A stretch of 64,000 bases of DNA from Tubiluchus corallicola. Lineage: Eukaryota; Animalia; Priapulida. The notes below the pieces were generated by a model. It made no database searches and was not told the DNA's origin. It saw nothing but the letters and a program-made list of their open reading frames with translations. Each line of letters starts with the position of its first letter. Within the stretch, counting starts at the first letter, position 1. Below, piece after piece: positions 23,022-36,785 of the stretch. The stretch spans positions 558,001 to 622,000 of the forward strand of contig JAQGDQ010000043.1 of assembly GCA_030141605.1 (NCBI GenBank), in the 5' to 3' direction. A program made the translations under genes and the position numbers.

Positions 23022-25800
23022 TTGTCTTTTGCGTCTGTACTTCAGAGTCGTAAGGCCCAGAATCTTAAGTATTGCAACATACGGTAAATGAGAAATAGCA
23101 GGTATAAGTCTGGTAGCTCAACGTTGTATACTTTCAATTTTCCTTATCATGTCTTGACGATGTGGGCTCCAAATCACATCACCATAATATAATATAGGAC
23201 GAACCATTGATTTATATAGCTTGGTCATCATAGCTCCATCATGATAAGAGAAACTACGTTTGATTAAAGCCAGTCTTCCATATGCTTTATTAACAACATT
23301 TATTATATGTTTGAAAATTAAGCATACTGTCGATTGTGATACTCAGATCTTTTTCTTCTGTGACGCTTCTAATTTCTCTAGAACTTTATCCATATGCCAT
23401 TTTATCCATGTACGACCTGCAATATCATGCCTTCCAATAGTCAGGAGCTTACATTTTTCGGTGTTAAATTCCATTTGCCATTGGCGACACCATTGGTCAG
23501 CATAGTTAATATTATTCTGCATGACCTCAAAATCATCCAGGCAGCATGCTTTTCCATATATTTTAGTGTCATCTGCAAACAGACTTTTACCGCAGTTGAA
23601 AACTTCAGGAAGATCATTTATGTAAATAGTAAATAAAATAGGGCCAAGCGCACTTCCCTGTGGTATATTGCTGGTCACATTTGCCCATTCTGATTCTTGC
23701 CCATTGACTACTACACATTGCCTTCTCTTACAAAGAAAACTATTAATCCATGTTAGCAGGTGACCAGAAATTGCGTATGATTCAAGTTTTTGAAGCAGTC
23801 TCAGATGGGGTACTTGATCAAGTGCTGTTAAAAAATTGTAATAGATAACATCAACTTCAACTTTATTATCAAGTAAATCCATCCATTCTTCAAAAGAAAC
23901 TAATAGATTAGTAATACAAGATCTGCCAGTTCTGAAGCCATGTTGACTATCACAAATGAGATTATGCTCAGTAATGAAGTTGTAGATTTTATCCCTTAGT
24001 ATTCCTTCTAGCAATTTACAAACAACTGATGTCAGACTGATAGGTCTGTAATTTTTTGCTAAGTCTCTTTCACCTTTCTTGTGGATAGCAGAAACTCTGG
24101 CCATTTTCCAATTCGGTGGTAATATACCACTGGATAAACTTTGGTTCATTATTTGCAACATTGGTCTTACATACTTGCATGGATTCCATCAGGCCCATAG
24201 ATTTGTTAGCCTTCATTTTTTTAACTTTTATACTAAGTTCTAATTCACCGATGCTACATACATCAAGTTTATACTCAGTTACTGGTAGTAGTTAAGGAAT
24301 TTGGCTTGTATCTTCGTTTGTGTAAACAGATGTGAAAACATTCTGTAATTCATTAGCCTTTTCTTGATCAGTAGTGGCAATACTACCATCTTCTCTTTTT
24401 AAGGGTCTTGCTCTTTCTTTTTTCATTAAGTTAGAATTTACATATGCACAGAATGCTTTAGGATTACTACCACATTACTACCACATTATTTCATTATTAA
24501 ACCACTTTGGTTTTGGACTGTTGCCTTGATTTTGCACTGGTACATACAGATCTGTTACTATACGCAGTGTTTCTTCCAATGCCCTGTTGCAGGCAAATAA
24601 ATCTTTATCTTGAAAAATTACATCACAGTGTTTTGAATTTAAGTAGTTTCTTATAGCTGTATGATCTGCTCTGTAAAAGTTATATTTCTTATAATTAGTA
24701 ATTTTTACTTCCCAGCAAACTTCGATGCTACATGATATAACTAAGTGGTCACTTTTACCAATTGGTGAATGTGACTGCAGGTTTGATACAATTATTAACA
24801 ATCAATAAGTCTAGTAAAGTAGGATTCTGGCCAACCCTATATCTAGTTGGAAGAGTTACTAGCTGCTCCATATATCCATCGCGTAGAGTGTCCAAAAATT
24901 TGTTCTCTAAACTAATTTCTGGTGTAGAAGCACTCCATGTACTCCAATTTATTTTACTAAAATTGAAATCTCCACACACAACCTTCAGTTTTTCTTTTCT
25001 TCTGTCTAACTGTACCAGCAATCTCAACAGGTTTTCATTTTCCTTATGACCAGATGATGGACTTCGGTATACGCTTCCGAGCAAAACTTCTTTGCCATAT
25101 AGCAGAAAAATCTTAGCCCACAATGAAGAAGTGAAAATATTTGATAAGTGCATAACTTGGATCGGTGCCAAATTAGATCTCACGTAAAGGACGATGCCTC
25201 TTCCATCCAAATTGCTGAACATATATTCTGGCAGGATCAATTCAGAGTGTTGCAAAGAATATCTAACATTTTTCGGATTCATCTCAGACAAGAAGATCAT
25301 GTCAGGTTTTAATTCTAGTAATCTTATTTTAATGTCATGCATTTTATTTGTTAAGCAGTCAACATTTGTAAACAACAGTTTTACATTTTTATTATGATTT
25401 AGTTTTCTTGATGAGCCATAGTTGTACTTTTTACTGTTTTGTTTATCTGAACCGGTTTTTACACTGTCTTTCACTTTTAATTTTGCAGTATTAGTACACA
25501 CACACTGTTATTAGAACTATTTACAGATGAGTGACTAGTGTTCACATGTCACTTTTTCTTGGCAACCACTAATTTTAAGCGAGTTAATAGTGGTGTTAAA
25601 TACTGGTCTGTCATTCCCGTGATAATTGAGGTTTTATTACTAGGACTGGTAATAGTTTGTTGTAGCTGTTGATTTAGTTCAGATAGCAAGCAGATTTTAG
25701 GTGACGTCTTTTTATTTGATCCTGCATCACTATCATCTTCAAGTAATTGTTCTGGAGCGTCAAGTTCACTTATGACAGATTCTGTATCATTATACCTTAA
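23022..25800 (-). mobile_element. Decayed CR1-clade LINE (APE endonuclease + RT), frameshifted, 3' end missing
   Basis: APE motifs VYRSP, GDFN, LLDL, SDH; RT motifs NYRPISLTS, QHGFR, PQGS.LGP.LF, LFADD; C-terminal LYKSMVRP..WSPH and IESIQR.AT motifs. Confidence 0.9.
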
Positions 25801-27103
25801 GCAAATGTTGGAATCGCCTAAAAAACGGGCTTATTTCACTTCATAAGAATTAATATTGAAGCCAAATTTAATATTGGCTGTTCTAATAGCTTAGAGTAAG
25901 ATTATTTTATTTTATCAGATGTATAATAAATTATTCAATGTGTATTGACGTTTTCAATTATTGCTATTAAAAAACACATCAGACGCTGCCAGTATGGTTA
26001 GCGACTCATTTCGTGACTTGTCTTTAGTGTTCTACTTTGGCAGCCCATGTACGACGCGTCCTACTTGGGCTAGCCCATATACGCCAATTGTCCTACTTCA
26101 TCTATGGAATGGTGTCTGGAATGTGTGTGCGTTATTGTCTGTTTGCCAGATCAACAACAAAATCAACTTGTTTTACGAATCATACTAAATATCTTTTATG
26201 TCAACTTGCCTTTAGTGTTCACTCGTTTTTAATTATATTTTGAGTTTCATTATAATATTATTACATTTAAACAGAAGTTAACAGCTCGTGGTGAAAAGAC
26301 AAATGTTCACCAAGTCAAACACCCCTATCCTTATATAAAATAAATAAAAATGGATAAATAAAAAATTACTGAAAATACTGATTTAATGTCATGGCATCAG
26401 GTTTGTTTTTCATGGCATCGACATTGTTTGTGGGAGCTCAGAACTCTTGCCGAACGAGTGTTTCCTGACATGCAGCCTAGTGTGTTTTTGTATAATAGCA
26501 TGCTCTGACAGTTTCTAGTTCTTTTTTCTCATCTTTGAACTTAAAATAGGTCTCGGGTAAATTTTGAATGTGTCCTCTAGACTTAGAACCACTAAACTCA
26601 GTCCCATGGTTCATTGACAGTATGACTGATGTCTTAATTCTAATATGGTCTTAGTTCAATGTTGTATTTCTTCAAGTAGTTTAGCAAAAATTATATTTGC
26701 TACTTTAACTTTCGTTGTCATGTGTCTTGGTACTGTATCACTATTAGTGTATGCTTTAGAGTTGATTATAAATTTGCAATAAAAAGCTAAATTATAGCTA
26801 GTTAATTAGGCGATTTTTTTTTGTTCCAGATAAATTGACTTCTACTAGCTTGAATAATGCCTGTTGATTAAGGATTATCTAGATAATTACCTGGTTAAAT
26901 AATTTTTCGAAAAACAAACAATAAAAAAGTTAAACATTTTTTCTTGCGATTTAAACCCATTGCACACATCACATACCAACTTGATGGTCATAACGTACAT
27001 CTAATGAACACCTTGTTACTTAAAAAACTATTTAATATTTATGATTATTAAAATGCAATTATGTAATTATAAATCTTTTATAGTATACCAAGCTAGCTTG
27101 TTC

Positions 27104-27201
27104 AGAGGAGAGCGATGTCGTTGATTTGGAAACATTTTCAATTGAAGAAGACTATGGTGAGATTTTCATATCTCCACATATTATTAATATATTTATACGA
27201 G

Positions 27202-27246
<45 letters not shown>

Positions 27247-28061
27247 ATCAAACCTCGTTATACCGCCCCTTGTTATAATGCCAGCCTCCCTGTAACGCCA
27301 ACTTTTGCTCTGTCCCAATTTCCTGAATGTATTAAATATAGGGAATACCGCCAGTCTTGCCTACTGCCATCGGCCAACGTATCTGCTGTGCCTAAAGTAT
27401 ATTTTGCATAATAAATTTACCCCGTTATAAAGTCAGTCAAGATAAAGCACAATGAATTACTGCTGAAAAACAATGACCTCTGAACAGAAAAGCAATTATG
27501 TTGCAAGCGACTGTATGAAAGTGAATATTAGGGTTTTGAGCAAGGAACATGCATTTTAAGAGTAAAAGAGTTGCGTAATTGAGCTTCAGTACTGAACTGA
27601 TGCGAATTTAACGGCAGTGGGTAAAAAGCTGTATGACTCAAGGTCAAGTTATATGCGGGCTATTCATAGTCTTAACTATCTAGTAATGTTACGTTGGGCA
27701 TCTTAATTATCTAGTAATGTTACATTGGACATGTGTGGATTGCATGGCTGCATATTTCTCTTATCAGGAGACAGCAGTATTTCACAGGATTGGTACTCCA
27801 CATTGTGTAACCTAAAATTGGCTATGTCATAGAACTACACCTGCATTAATTTTACTAATGCAGCAAAACTGTACAGTATAACACATGTATTGTTGTAGCT
27901 GTAATGATATTATACTATTTATGACGTATTAAAAATTAACTAGGAAACAAAATAGAGGTTACAGACTGGAATGGCTTTGATATTAAATGAACCTCGCCTT
28001 ACCACCAACGCCGGCATAGCGCCATATTTAATGGTGTTATAACGAGGTTTGACTGTATATA

Positions 28062-28095
<34 letters not shown>

Positions 28096-31000
28096 GTCTA
28101 GGCTTTTGCTTAGGAAACTTTTCATATTGATTGCTGTCTTACATTTTATTATAATTATGGTAACGTATATATGTAGATTATGTACAACATTGATGCATCT
28201 GTATTATTAACTTATTTTGCTAATTAATTTTGCTCGGAAAAATAATTAGTGAAAACATTAATCAAAAATCACTAGTCACTACCTGGAATATCTGAATATT
28301 TAATCATTGTTGTGAAAAAGTATTGTGACGGTATTATATTTTGCAAAACCATCGAAAATATTATACTTTATGATGCACTATGCACGAGATCATATTGGCC
28401 ACGAAATGAGTAAATACTAAGCAGTTTATTACAGTAACATACTGTATACTGTTTATTTATATTACTGTTCGCAGGCTCAATCCACAGGCAGTCATGCACA
28501 GCTTCTTTATGCTTTTCATTTTCTCTCTCTTTCTGTTCCCCTCTTTTTCTATTTCTCTGTCCTCTGCCTCCCTTTCTCTATTTCTCTCTCTTTACAAGAA
28601 ATTGAGGTCATTAAAAGATTTATAATAATAAAAATAATAATAATAATCTCTCCATCTGTTCTCCTCCCTCCCTCCCTCCCCCTCTCACTCTCTCTCTCCT
28701 CTCTCTCTCTCCCTCTCTCTCTCTCTCTCTTTCTCTCTCTCTACCTCTCCCTTTCTCCCCCTCCCTCTCTTTCTCTCTTCGTCAAATAGTCGGTCATATC
28801 TCGGGTGAAAAAAATTTTGAAAGATGCTCAAGGGCACCCTTTAGGGCATATTGATTAACATGGTTTAAAAAAATTTAGCTAGGTATGGCATATCTGAAGA
28901 GCTTGCTGATTTTTACGTATATTTTACATACTTACTCTGTTATCATTACATGATACTTTTAATTAAATGATTTTTTAAATTTTATTTTAATTATTACAGG
29001 GTCTCTTCGAAAGGTGACTAAACCTATGACATTTGGAAAAGCTTTCTCTTTTAAAGGTAGTGATAGTGAACTTTGCAGTAGAACAAACTTATTACATAGA
29101 CTATGTCAAAATTTTTTAGACTGTATGTTTAAAGCTGTTCATGAAGTATATAACAAAAACATTTTTAAAAACTTCATGCTTGGACTATAATTACATCTTT
29201 ATTACTAAATTAATCAAGTTGTTATTTGTTAATAATTGATAAACACTCGGAACTGTTTTCATATCTCATATTAGATTAGATATCAGCAGGGCCGGCTCGA
29301 GATAGTTTCGGGTTTTGTGCTCTAGGTAAAAGTATTTTTAGTACCCCCTCAGCAATGGCGTCCCTGTGGCGTCCTGCCCACAAAAATGAATTTTTGCTGT
29401 ATCAAATAACATGTAATGGGACCTGTGTGTTATGTTTATAATTACTTGTCTATAGCTTGTGTTGAGTTTTTTTAAATTGAATTTGTGACCCCAATGTATG
29501 TCCGGGGTCTTCAGGAGCAGTCAAAATTTGTACAATTTCTGCTGTACACTGTATCTTAGAAAGACATTGGAATCATCTTGCTCCTGGTAGGCGACCAGGG
29601 GGCAAATAAATGGCAAATAATCCCCAGAAATTCTTTCATTTTGGATGTCAAAATCAAAATATCAAAAATGTAAGCAAAATGGAAAAAATTAAGGCATTTT
29701 TTCTGCACTTTGCTTTATGTATATAAATATGTTCTTTATGTATACGTATGTTCTTTGTGTACATATGTATACAAAGCTCAACAGCACACAGAAATGCTTC
29801 ATTATCAATTTTAATAACTTTAGTATAATATATACCTTGTGAGATGCATGAACTACTGCACTAGTGATTAGTACTACAAAATATGTCATCATTGGTGCTG
29901 ATGGCCAAATTAGCCATGTGGTTTTGCAAATTTGCACCTGAAGTTGTGGAACGCATGAGAACTTAAGTCTGCTACATATGTGTGTATGTGTAAAATACTT
30001 GAAATATGTGCAACACATGCCTAATATGTGAAAGCTGGCAGGTCTGTCACTCTTCTTGTACTCACTTTTGGCTAGATTTTTACTCAGACTTTTCATCAGA
30101 AAATTTCAATTTCTTTTTCCACATTCATTTCACTAGTTTAGTTGATCTTCACAACTGTAACTTTAGTCTGGTTGCAAATACTCTATTAGCAATTCTTTTT
30201 GCTGCTTGGTGTCTGCTAGATTTTTTTCACCTTTCGTTTCCTATATTGCACTCCAAAAGACTTCGATTCTTATAGGTTTAGCTGCCATAATTAGATAAAT
30301 GCTATTGCTAGAAACATTTTAGTAGCCGAATGTCTATATACAATGATGTAACCCTAGGACCTGCCAGATTAGTCAAAATTAGAAAGTGTTTTGCTGCAGG
30401 AAGGCACTTGATAGCATCGATCAGTCACATATTTTGACAGGAAAATAACTCACTCCGTTTGTTTCGTTAAATTACAAGTGTTGTGCACCTAAGAAATTGT
30501 TACATACACTATGAATTTACTTATGCTAATGAAATTGCATTTCATATAAGTATTCTAATATCAATAGAAAACTTAATTTTAACATAGCTGTTTAAATTTT
30601 GTTAATATTTTTTACTCTTGGTAACAGTTTTATTACTTGTTTGTAGTTGGTGCTTGGTATTGTCTTGTGTTAGATGAAGGATCTACTTTGTGTGATGTGT
30701 TAAATCAGCTTAACTATAACTAACCTGTTTCTAATCCTATCCCTGGCAGATTAGTTATAAGAAATCTATTTTTCTGAACCTGCACAGCATTTAATTAGGC
30801 TCACCTGAAGAACAACTTACTGGAATGCATTTGAAATTACTGCTAATTTTCTGTAAAGCCTTTACATGATTACTTCAGTGATAAGCTATAACTCAATTGT
30901 TGCTTATGTTATGGCGTACTTGATGATTCAGTTGATCTAATGAGTAGGAAGTATTTCAGTTGTAGCACTCCGATGTTAAAGACACCGGTTATTGGCTTAC

Positions 31001-31777
31001 TTGCATTTTTCGTGACTAGGTTCTGGATTGGCAAAAATAGCAGAAGGTGACGCAGCACTTCTTTCGCAGGAATTAGTTGAGGTATTCTTTGGTTTCTAAC
31101 TACCTTTAGGATGGTCATTCACATTTTGAATTATGATCATTTTTATTAACTTAGCCATTTTTTGCTAGTGTCACAGATAACACTGCAACAGTGCCGTCTA
31201 TTTAACTGAATAATTTTTTACCCTTGTTGGTTATGAGAGGAAATTGATTGTTTCTTTGGCTATGTTAGTACAGGATGGACATATCTGTGAAAATCCTGTG
31301 AGAAGAATACAGATAAGTTCATAATTACATGGAAAACTGATTACAGTTACATGATTACATAATCTGGCACTGATATTACACACACAGATGAAACTGTGGA
31401 AAATTGTATCTCTGTTCTGTTATCAAAATAGATTGGATATTTGCCAGATTGTTCTATTTATTAATTTAAAATACTGATAGCATCAGGTACCACATAGAAA
31501 GAAAACTTGATTAATCTCTTATCTGTGGAAAATTGTTTCCCTGCTAATTACAATCTGCTTTGCTTCAGGAAAAAAAATCAGTGGGCACTGCCTATCATTA
31601 GCAAATTATATACACTGGAGTTTTTGACGGAAATTCTCTTTCAGATTGTTGTACTATTGAATGCATGTATCAGTATTTTCGTATTTTCATTTAGGGACCA
31701 CCTGATATAACACCTGCTGATGAAACAAAGTGGCAACGTGGACAGCTTTACCAGGCTCACATTAAAGCAAGAGATGG
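27104..31777 (+). CDS. Candidate upstream exons of the large orphan gene (27104-27157, 29000-29056, 31695-31777)
   Basis: Each has AG/GT boundaries and an open frame. The 31695 exon (GPPDITPADETKWQRGQLYQAHIKARD) splices in phase to 33167. The 27104 and 29000 exons are in phase with each other, but a linking exon to 31695 was not found. Confidence 0.4.
27245..28055. mobile_element. pogo/Tigger-like MITE inserted in (TA)n
   Basis: TIRs CA(A/G)TCAAACCTCGTTATA and TATAACGAGGTTTGACTG, with (TA)n on both flanks. Confidence 0.85.
28500..28780. repeat. CT-rich polypyrimidine / (CT)n tract
   Basis: Direct reading. Confidence 0.9.
29640..30046. mobile_element. Partial copy of the non-autonomous DNA transposon also found at 49361-50230
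   Basis: Colinear similarity to 49380-50230, ending in the same TIR ...TGGCAGGTCTG. Confidence 0.7.
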
Positions 31778-31822
31778 TAATTCACTATTGATATCATATA
31801 AAAACTGAATGCAGAGTATACT

Positions 31823-32488
31823 CAGGGCCACTCTACTACTAAGCAAACTAGGCACTTGCCTAGGGTGTCATATTCTGGAACTAAAGCATAAGTAATAACA
31901 TAATGTATGCGTAATTGCTTAAAGCACAAGAAAACCCTTCATAAACATAAAGCTTACAAAATTCGTCTTGAAATTTTATATCACTTACATACTGCCTTTT
32001 TCAATACAGTACTTTGATCGGCAGTAACGCTGTATAAAACATGCAAATTTAAACTCCCGCAATGACCGTTAGATGCAGACATTTTAACGACAGGTCATTT
32101 GAAACAAGTTTAGATAACATTGTGTAAACTTTGAAAAATAATCAGAGCATTTGTAGCACACACGTCACTAACTAAATAAAATTCTAAATTACTGTATCTT
32201 GTCAATAAGATTAAAAATACGTTTTTGGTTAGTAAGTGGTGCACAGTGGTCCTGAATTTAATTTAAAATGAAATCAACGCGAGGTGTAGATAAATAATTA
32301 ACTACAGTTAATTAAATCTCTATAATATACGTATAAGTCTGTTGCACAGGTATCATATTTATTACAAATAAGAAGAATTCAGTTTTGTGGGTTGGGTGCA
32401 CAGGGATGTTGTGGAAGGGATTGACAGTTGAGGAGGGGGTTTAGTGCCCTTTTGCCTAGGGCGTCAAACTACCTAGAGCCGGCCCTTG
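31823..32488. mobile_element. hAT-type MITE
   Basis: TIRs CAGGGCCACTCTA and TAGAGCCGGCCCTTG, subterminal TTGCCTAGGG repeats, degraded 8-bp TSD. Confidence 0.7.
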
Positions 32489-33166
32489 GTACAGTACATG
32501 TAGTTACATCATTCTAATAGAAATACTGACTTATAATCAAGTTATAGGAGGGATGTACCCAAACCAATGTAAATCATAGGAATTATGTCACATGATTTCG
32601 TGCGATCAACATTGATTAAATTTTATGAAGTACAAATATCAGATAACGAGAATATATATGTATATGGCAAATATAGAAACAGTAATGCAGTAGTATACTA
32701 GTCATCCAGTAACAATATATAGCCACGTATGACAATCAATTTGACAATGCAGAGTGTCTCTAAATCATTAGTATGATGTCAGTGTGTTACTGGCTTTCTA
32801 ACATGCTATTGGTTTCGGAGAGTATTTTTCAAGTCCTGATACATTGAATTTAACCTGCTATTGCTTCTGACTTACTCAGCAAGATCCGAGTTTCATTTAT
32901 GGTGGAATTGAGATCATATTGCCCAACCATGAAATGAGTAAATACTAAGAAATTCACCACAGTAACGTGTTATTAGAGCACATAAGTGCTCGAGTGCCAG
33001 AGCTCTTGTATATAACTGGATTGATCCACAACCCTTACCTAAGCTTTATATTAAAAATAATTTCAGTGTCATTAAATGGCTGGGTATTGTAACACAAGTT
33101 TAATATGCATTAAGCAGTTACTTTGCAGTTAAAAACACACCTGTATAATGTTTTAATTTTTTTAGC

Positions 33167-36100
33167 TATTGTCGATATATTGGCAATGGACATGGATGTT
33201 TCTACAAAAGCAGCATCAAGACCACTGCAGAAAAGAACTAGATACGGTTCAGGATCAGAAGGCGATGTTGAATTCAGTAGTATTGATTCTGGAATGGAGT
33301 TAGACATGGAAATCAGCTGTGCTAACAATCTGAGCAGTCAGGCATCATTATGTGTGCAGCCAGTGAATACGTGTATTACTTCTAGTTCAGAAACCATGCA
33401 AAAGTCAGGTCTTTCGTCACTGGGTCTTGCAAAGAAGACAGTGGAACACGAAACAAAGCCATCAGAGAGTGAAATTTGTAAAAGAAGTCAAAGTGATTTA
33501 AATGCTGATTATAAAAATAAAGGTCGATACCAGACCAGAAGTTCAGCTTCACCACTGGTGGCACTGCCTGTTGAAGCTAACCGTGTTTTGAGGGTTTGCA
33601 TAAAAAAACTCATGTTAGATGATTCGTTGAATCATAATCCACAGTTCACTTCGATTAGCAATCCCTTTAGTAAGGAAAGCAAACATGTTGAAGCAAAAGG
33701 AAATGTTCCTGCGTTAGATATAAAATGCAAAATAGCAAAAGAAAAATCATTTGTTTTTAATCAGTCAGCAACTGAGAAGTTAATTAGCATCTCTGAGAAT
33801 GTACACATTGGGAATGTAGAAACATCCCTACCACATGTTGGAAAGTCAAAGGACAGTTGTGATTTACTTGTAAACAGTAGTAAAGACAGTCAACAGTTGT
33901 CACTTAATAATGAGCTGCCACTTTCTGTACCCAGTTATGACTCATTAAGCTGTTGTAATGAATCTGACAGGAACCTTAATACGGGCAGAAGTGCTCATTC
34001 GAATGCAAAATTCTACATGAGTCTTGATAAGGGAGCAAAAAACTTGAGAGGTTATGCAGAAGAATCTGTCAATGAACCCGCAAAATCGTTAAACTGTTCT
34101 TCTGATTTCAGGACAGATAGTGTCTCTGAAACTGGTGCTCAGTGCAATGTAACATTCTGTGTGGATACCAGTGGGGGGAAAAGTGATCCAGAATCATGTA
34201 CACCTAGCACTGAGTCTGTAAAACTGTTAAGCTGTACTTCTGATTCTGAGGACGATTTAATCACTAATACACAGTCACATAGTTCTGATTCCAAGGATGA
34301 GTGTTTGTCTGACACTCGTACATTGTGCAACGTAGCACTCTGTGTAGACACCGAAGAATGTGAGAAGAAGTTTAAGTCAGTAAGTGACATAGAAGCATCA
34401 CCTTCTTCCTCACCTATCACTGAATCAGTAAAACTGTTAAGCTGCACTTCTGATTCTGAGGACAATTGTATCTGTAATATTAATACACTGTCTTACATTT
34501 CTGATTCAAAAGATGACTGTACTTCTGACACTATTACTCCGTCCACTGCAATTGCCTGTGGTACAACAAGTAAAAGAAGGAAAGGGTCAGCAAATGACGC
34601 AAAAACTTCTGCTGTTTCTGTCAGTCAGTCAGAGCATCTTGGTTTTCCACATTTACTTGGTAACTCTATTAAATGTGGTGCTGACCAATCCACGCCTAGT
34701 TTAAGTAAGACATTTGTCATAAATCCTGCAAAAGTTTTATGCACCTACCAAAACGATGGTTCTGAAAGTGCAATCCAAGAATGCTCAAAAGTACCAGATA
34801 CAGATACGGATGAGAATTTATGTAGCTATTCTCAAAGAAATGAATTTTTTGACAACTTCATCAAGATGTCTAACTTAGAAAGTCCATATATGGAAGGTAG
34901 TAAATCAAGCAAAAACTCCTCCCATGGTAAATGTGAAAATTTGGTAAATTCAAGTGGTGTTGTAGGTGGTTTCCAAAAGTGTGATATCTCTTTCGAAAAT
35001 GTAGCACAAGAAGAACTGGGAATGCTGAATAAAGTGGTTAGTAATAAGTCTTATGGAAGTCAAGATACTACACTTCATATAGATGAAAAAATAGTTCAGT
35101 TAGAGCCATCAAAAGATTTATTAGATTTTCAGCCACATAGGCCGTTGAAACCAGACAAGTCAGGCATACATGAAATGTTACTTCGTTTATCACCTTTTTT
35201 TGCGCTATCTTTTTTGCCGTCTACTTCACAACTGGAAGCTAATTATGCATTCAATTTTATCAGTGCAGGAATCGAAAACTTGGAAAAATTATCATTATCA
35301 GATGAAGCCAAGAGTGCAAAGAGTGATGTTTTACAAAAATGTTACATCATTTTAAGGGACATAAAAAATAGTTTAAAAAATAATGAACAGTTTGAAAGTG
35401 CAAACAGAATCGTGAAAAGTGAAATAAAGGTCGATCCAGATGAAAACTACGACAATGTGCATAATTGGAATTATATTAAAAATGAATTGGATGGAAAAAC
35501 TGACAAGCCAAAAACAGTGGACCATTGCGACAAATCTTTGAAATATATAAAAAGTGAAATAGAAGTTAGTGCTAAAACAAGTATTTTTGGAAAGATTACT
35601 CCATTAGATGAAACAGCAAATCCAGATAAACCAAAATTAAAAAGTTTTACAATGCAAGATAATTACAGGGTTACTAGAAGTCAAAGTAAAAACACGAAAC
35701 AGGATACTGAAAGTCTCAGAAACAATGAAAGGGAAGGTAGTCTAACAAAAAGTGGCAAGCACGGTTTTCTGAAGAAAGAAAAGGAAAATAATGAGAAGCT
35801 GGGAAATTCGACAGAATTAAAGCAAGATGCAAAGAATCGATATTTTCTTAGGCAGCTGACATCGCGTAAGACTATAAATTATTCTTCGGTGGTAACTAAA
35901 AAGCCTTCATGTCTGCCACTAAAGGGACCTTCAGAAAGTCATTATAACTTGAGACATTCTAGAGTGCAACAACAAGCATCAAAAAGCCTCAACGATCTTA
36001 ATTACTCGTTATTTCCAAGCAAGCAGGTCCAAACTACAACAGTAAGTAACAACAACAATCCTACATCCGTACCCCGTCAATGTCACTTTGTTGGTGCGTG

Positions 36101-36785
36101 GTCTAATGAGTCAGCTGAAACACACCCGCGTGTGTCAAAAAACCAAAAACACTTGTTTTCTTCAAGAAATATGGCAAGTTATAAGACAAAAGGAGAAACT
36201 GTTCTCCAGATTAACAATGATACCAATACATGGGTTGATAAGAGTGCATATCACTATAGCAAGAGTAGTGATAATAAAATTAACGAAAGAAGTAACACAA
36301 AAAAGCAAACTAAAGCTAAGAAAAATTCTGTTGGTAAGAATAGGTATCCAGATGTCTGCATTGCTGAAGACACAGATATCTTTTCTGAAGACACAGACAT
36401 ACGAATAAATTCACCACCTGGTTTGAGCTTATCACATGTACATATGCCTGCCATAATCTTTAAAGGTAATCCTCGTAATGCGCATTTGACAAACGTTAAG
36501 GTTGAACCTGACTTATTAGAGACATTGCAGACATCAGATGTCTCATCAGATGTTTTCAAAGCAGAAAAAAACTATAAAATAAACTGTATATCTCTAGAAG
36601 AACGGGTTGATTGTTGGTCAAAGCAACATTCCAGAAATACTAGGAAGAGGAAAAACACAAAAGATACAAATAGAAATATGCAGAGAAGCAAGAGATTCAA
36701 GTGCAGTACACCAAGAGCTAGAAAGTTTCATGAGACACTTGGAATTAGCATTTCTAGTATAGGCAGTGATGGGGATGCAGATTAA
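33167..36785 (+). CDS. Large terminal exon encoding ~1205 aa of Ser/Lys-rich, probably disordered nuclear protein of unknown family
   Basis: 3.6-kb stop-free frame in AT-rich DNA, TTTTTTTAG acceptor at 33166, internal ~60-aa duplication, basic NLS-like clusters. Confidence 0.8.
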
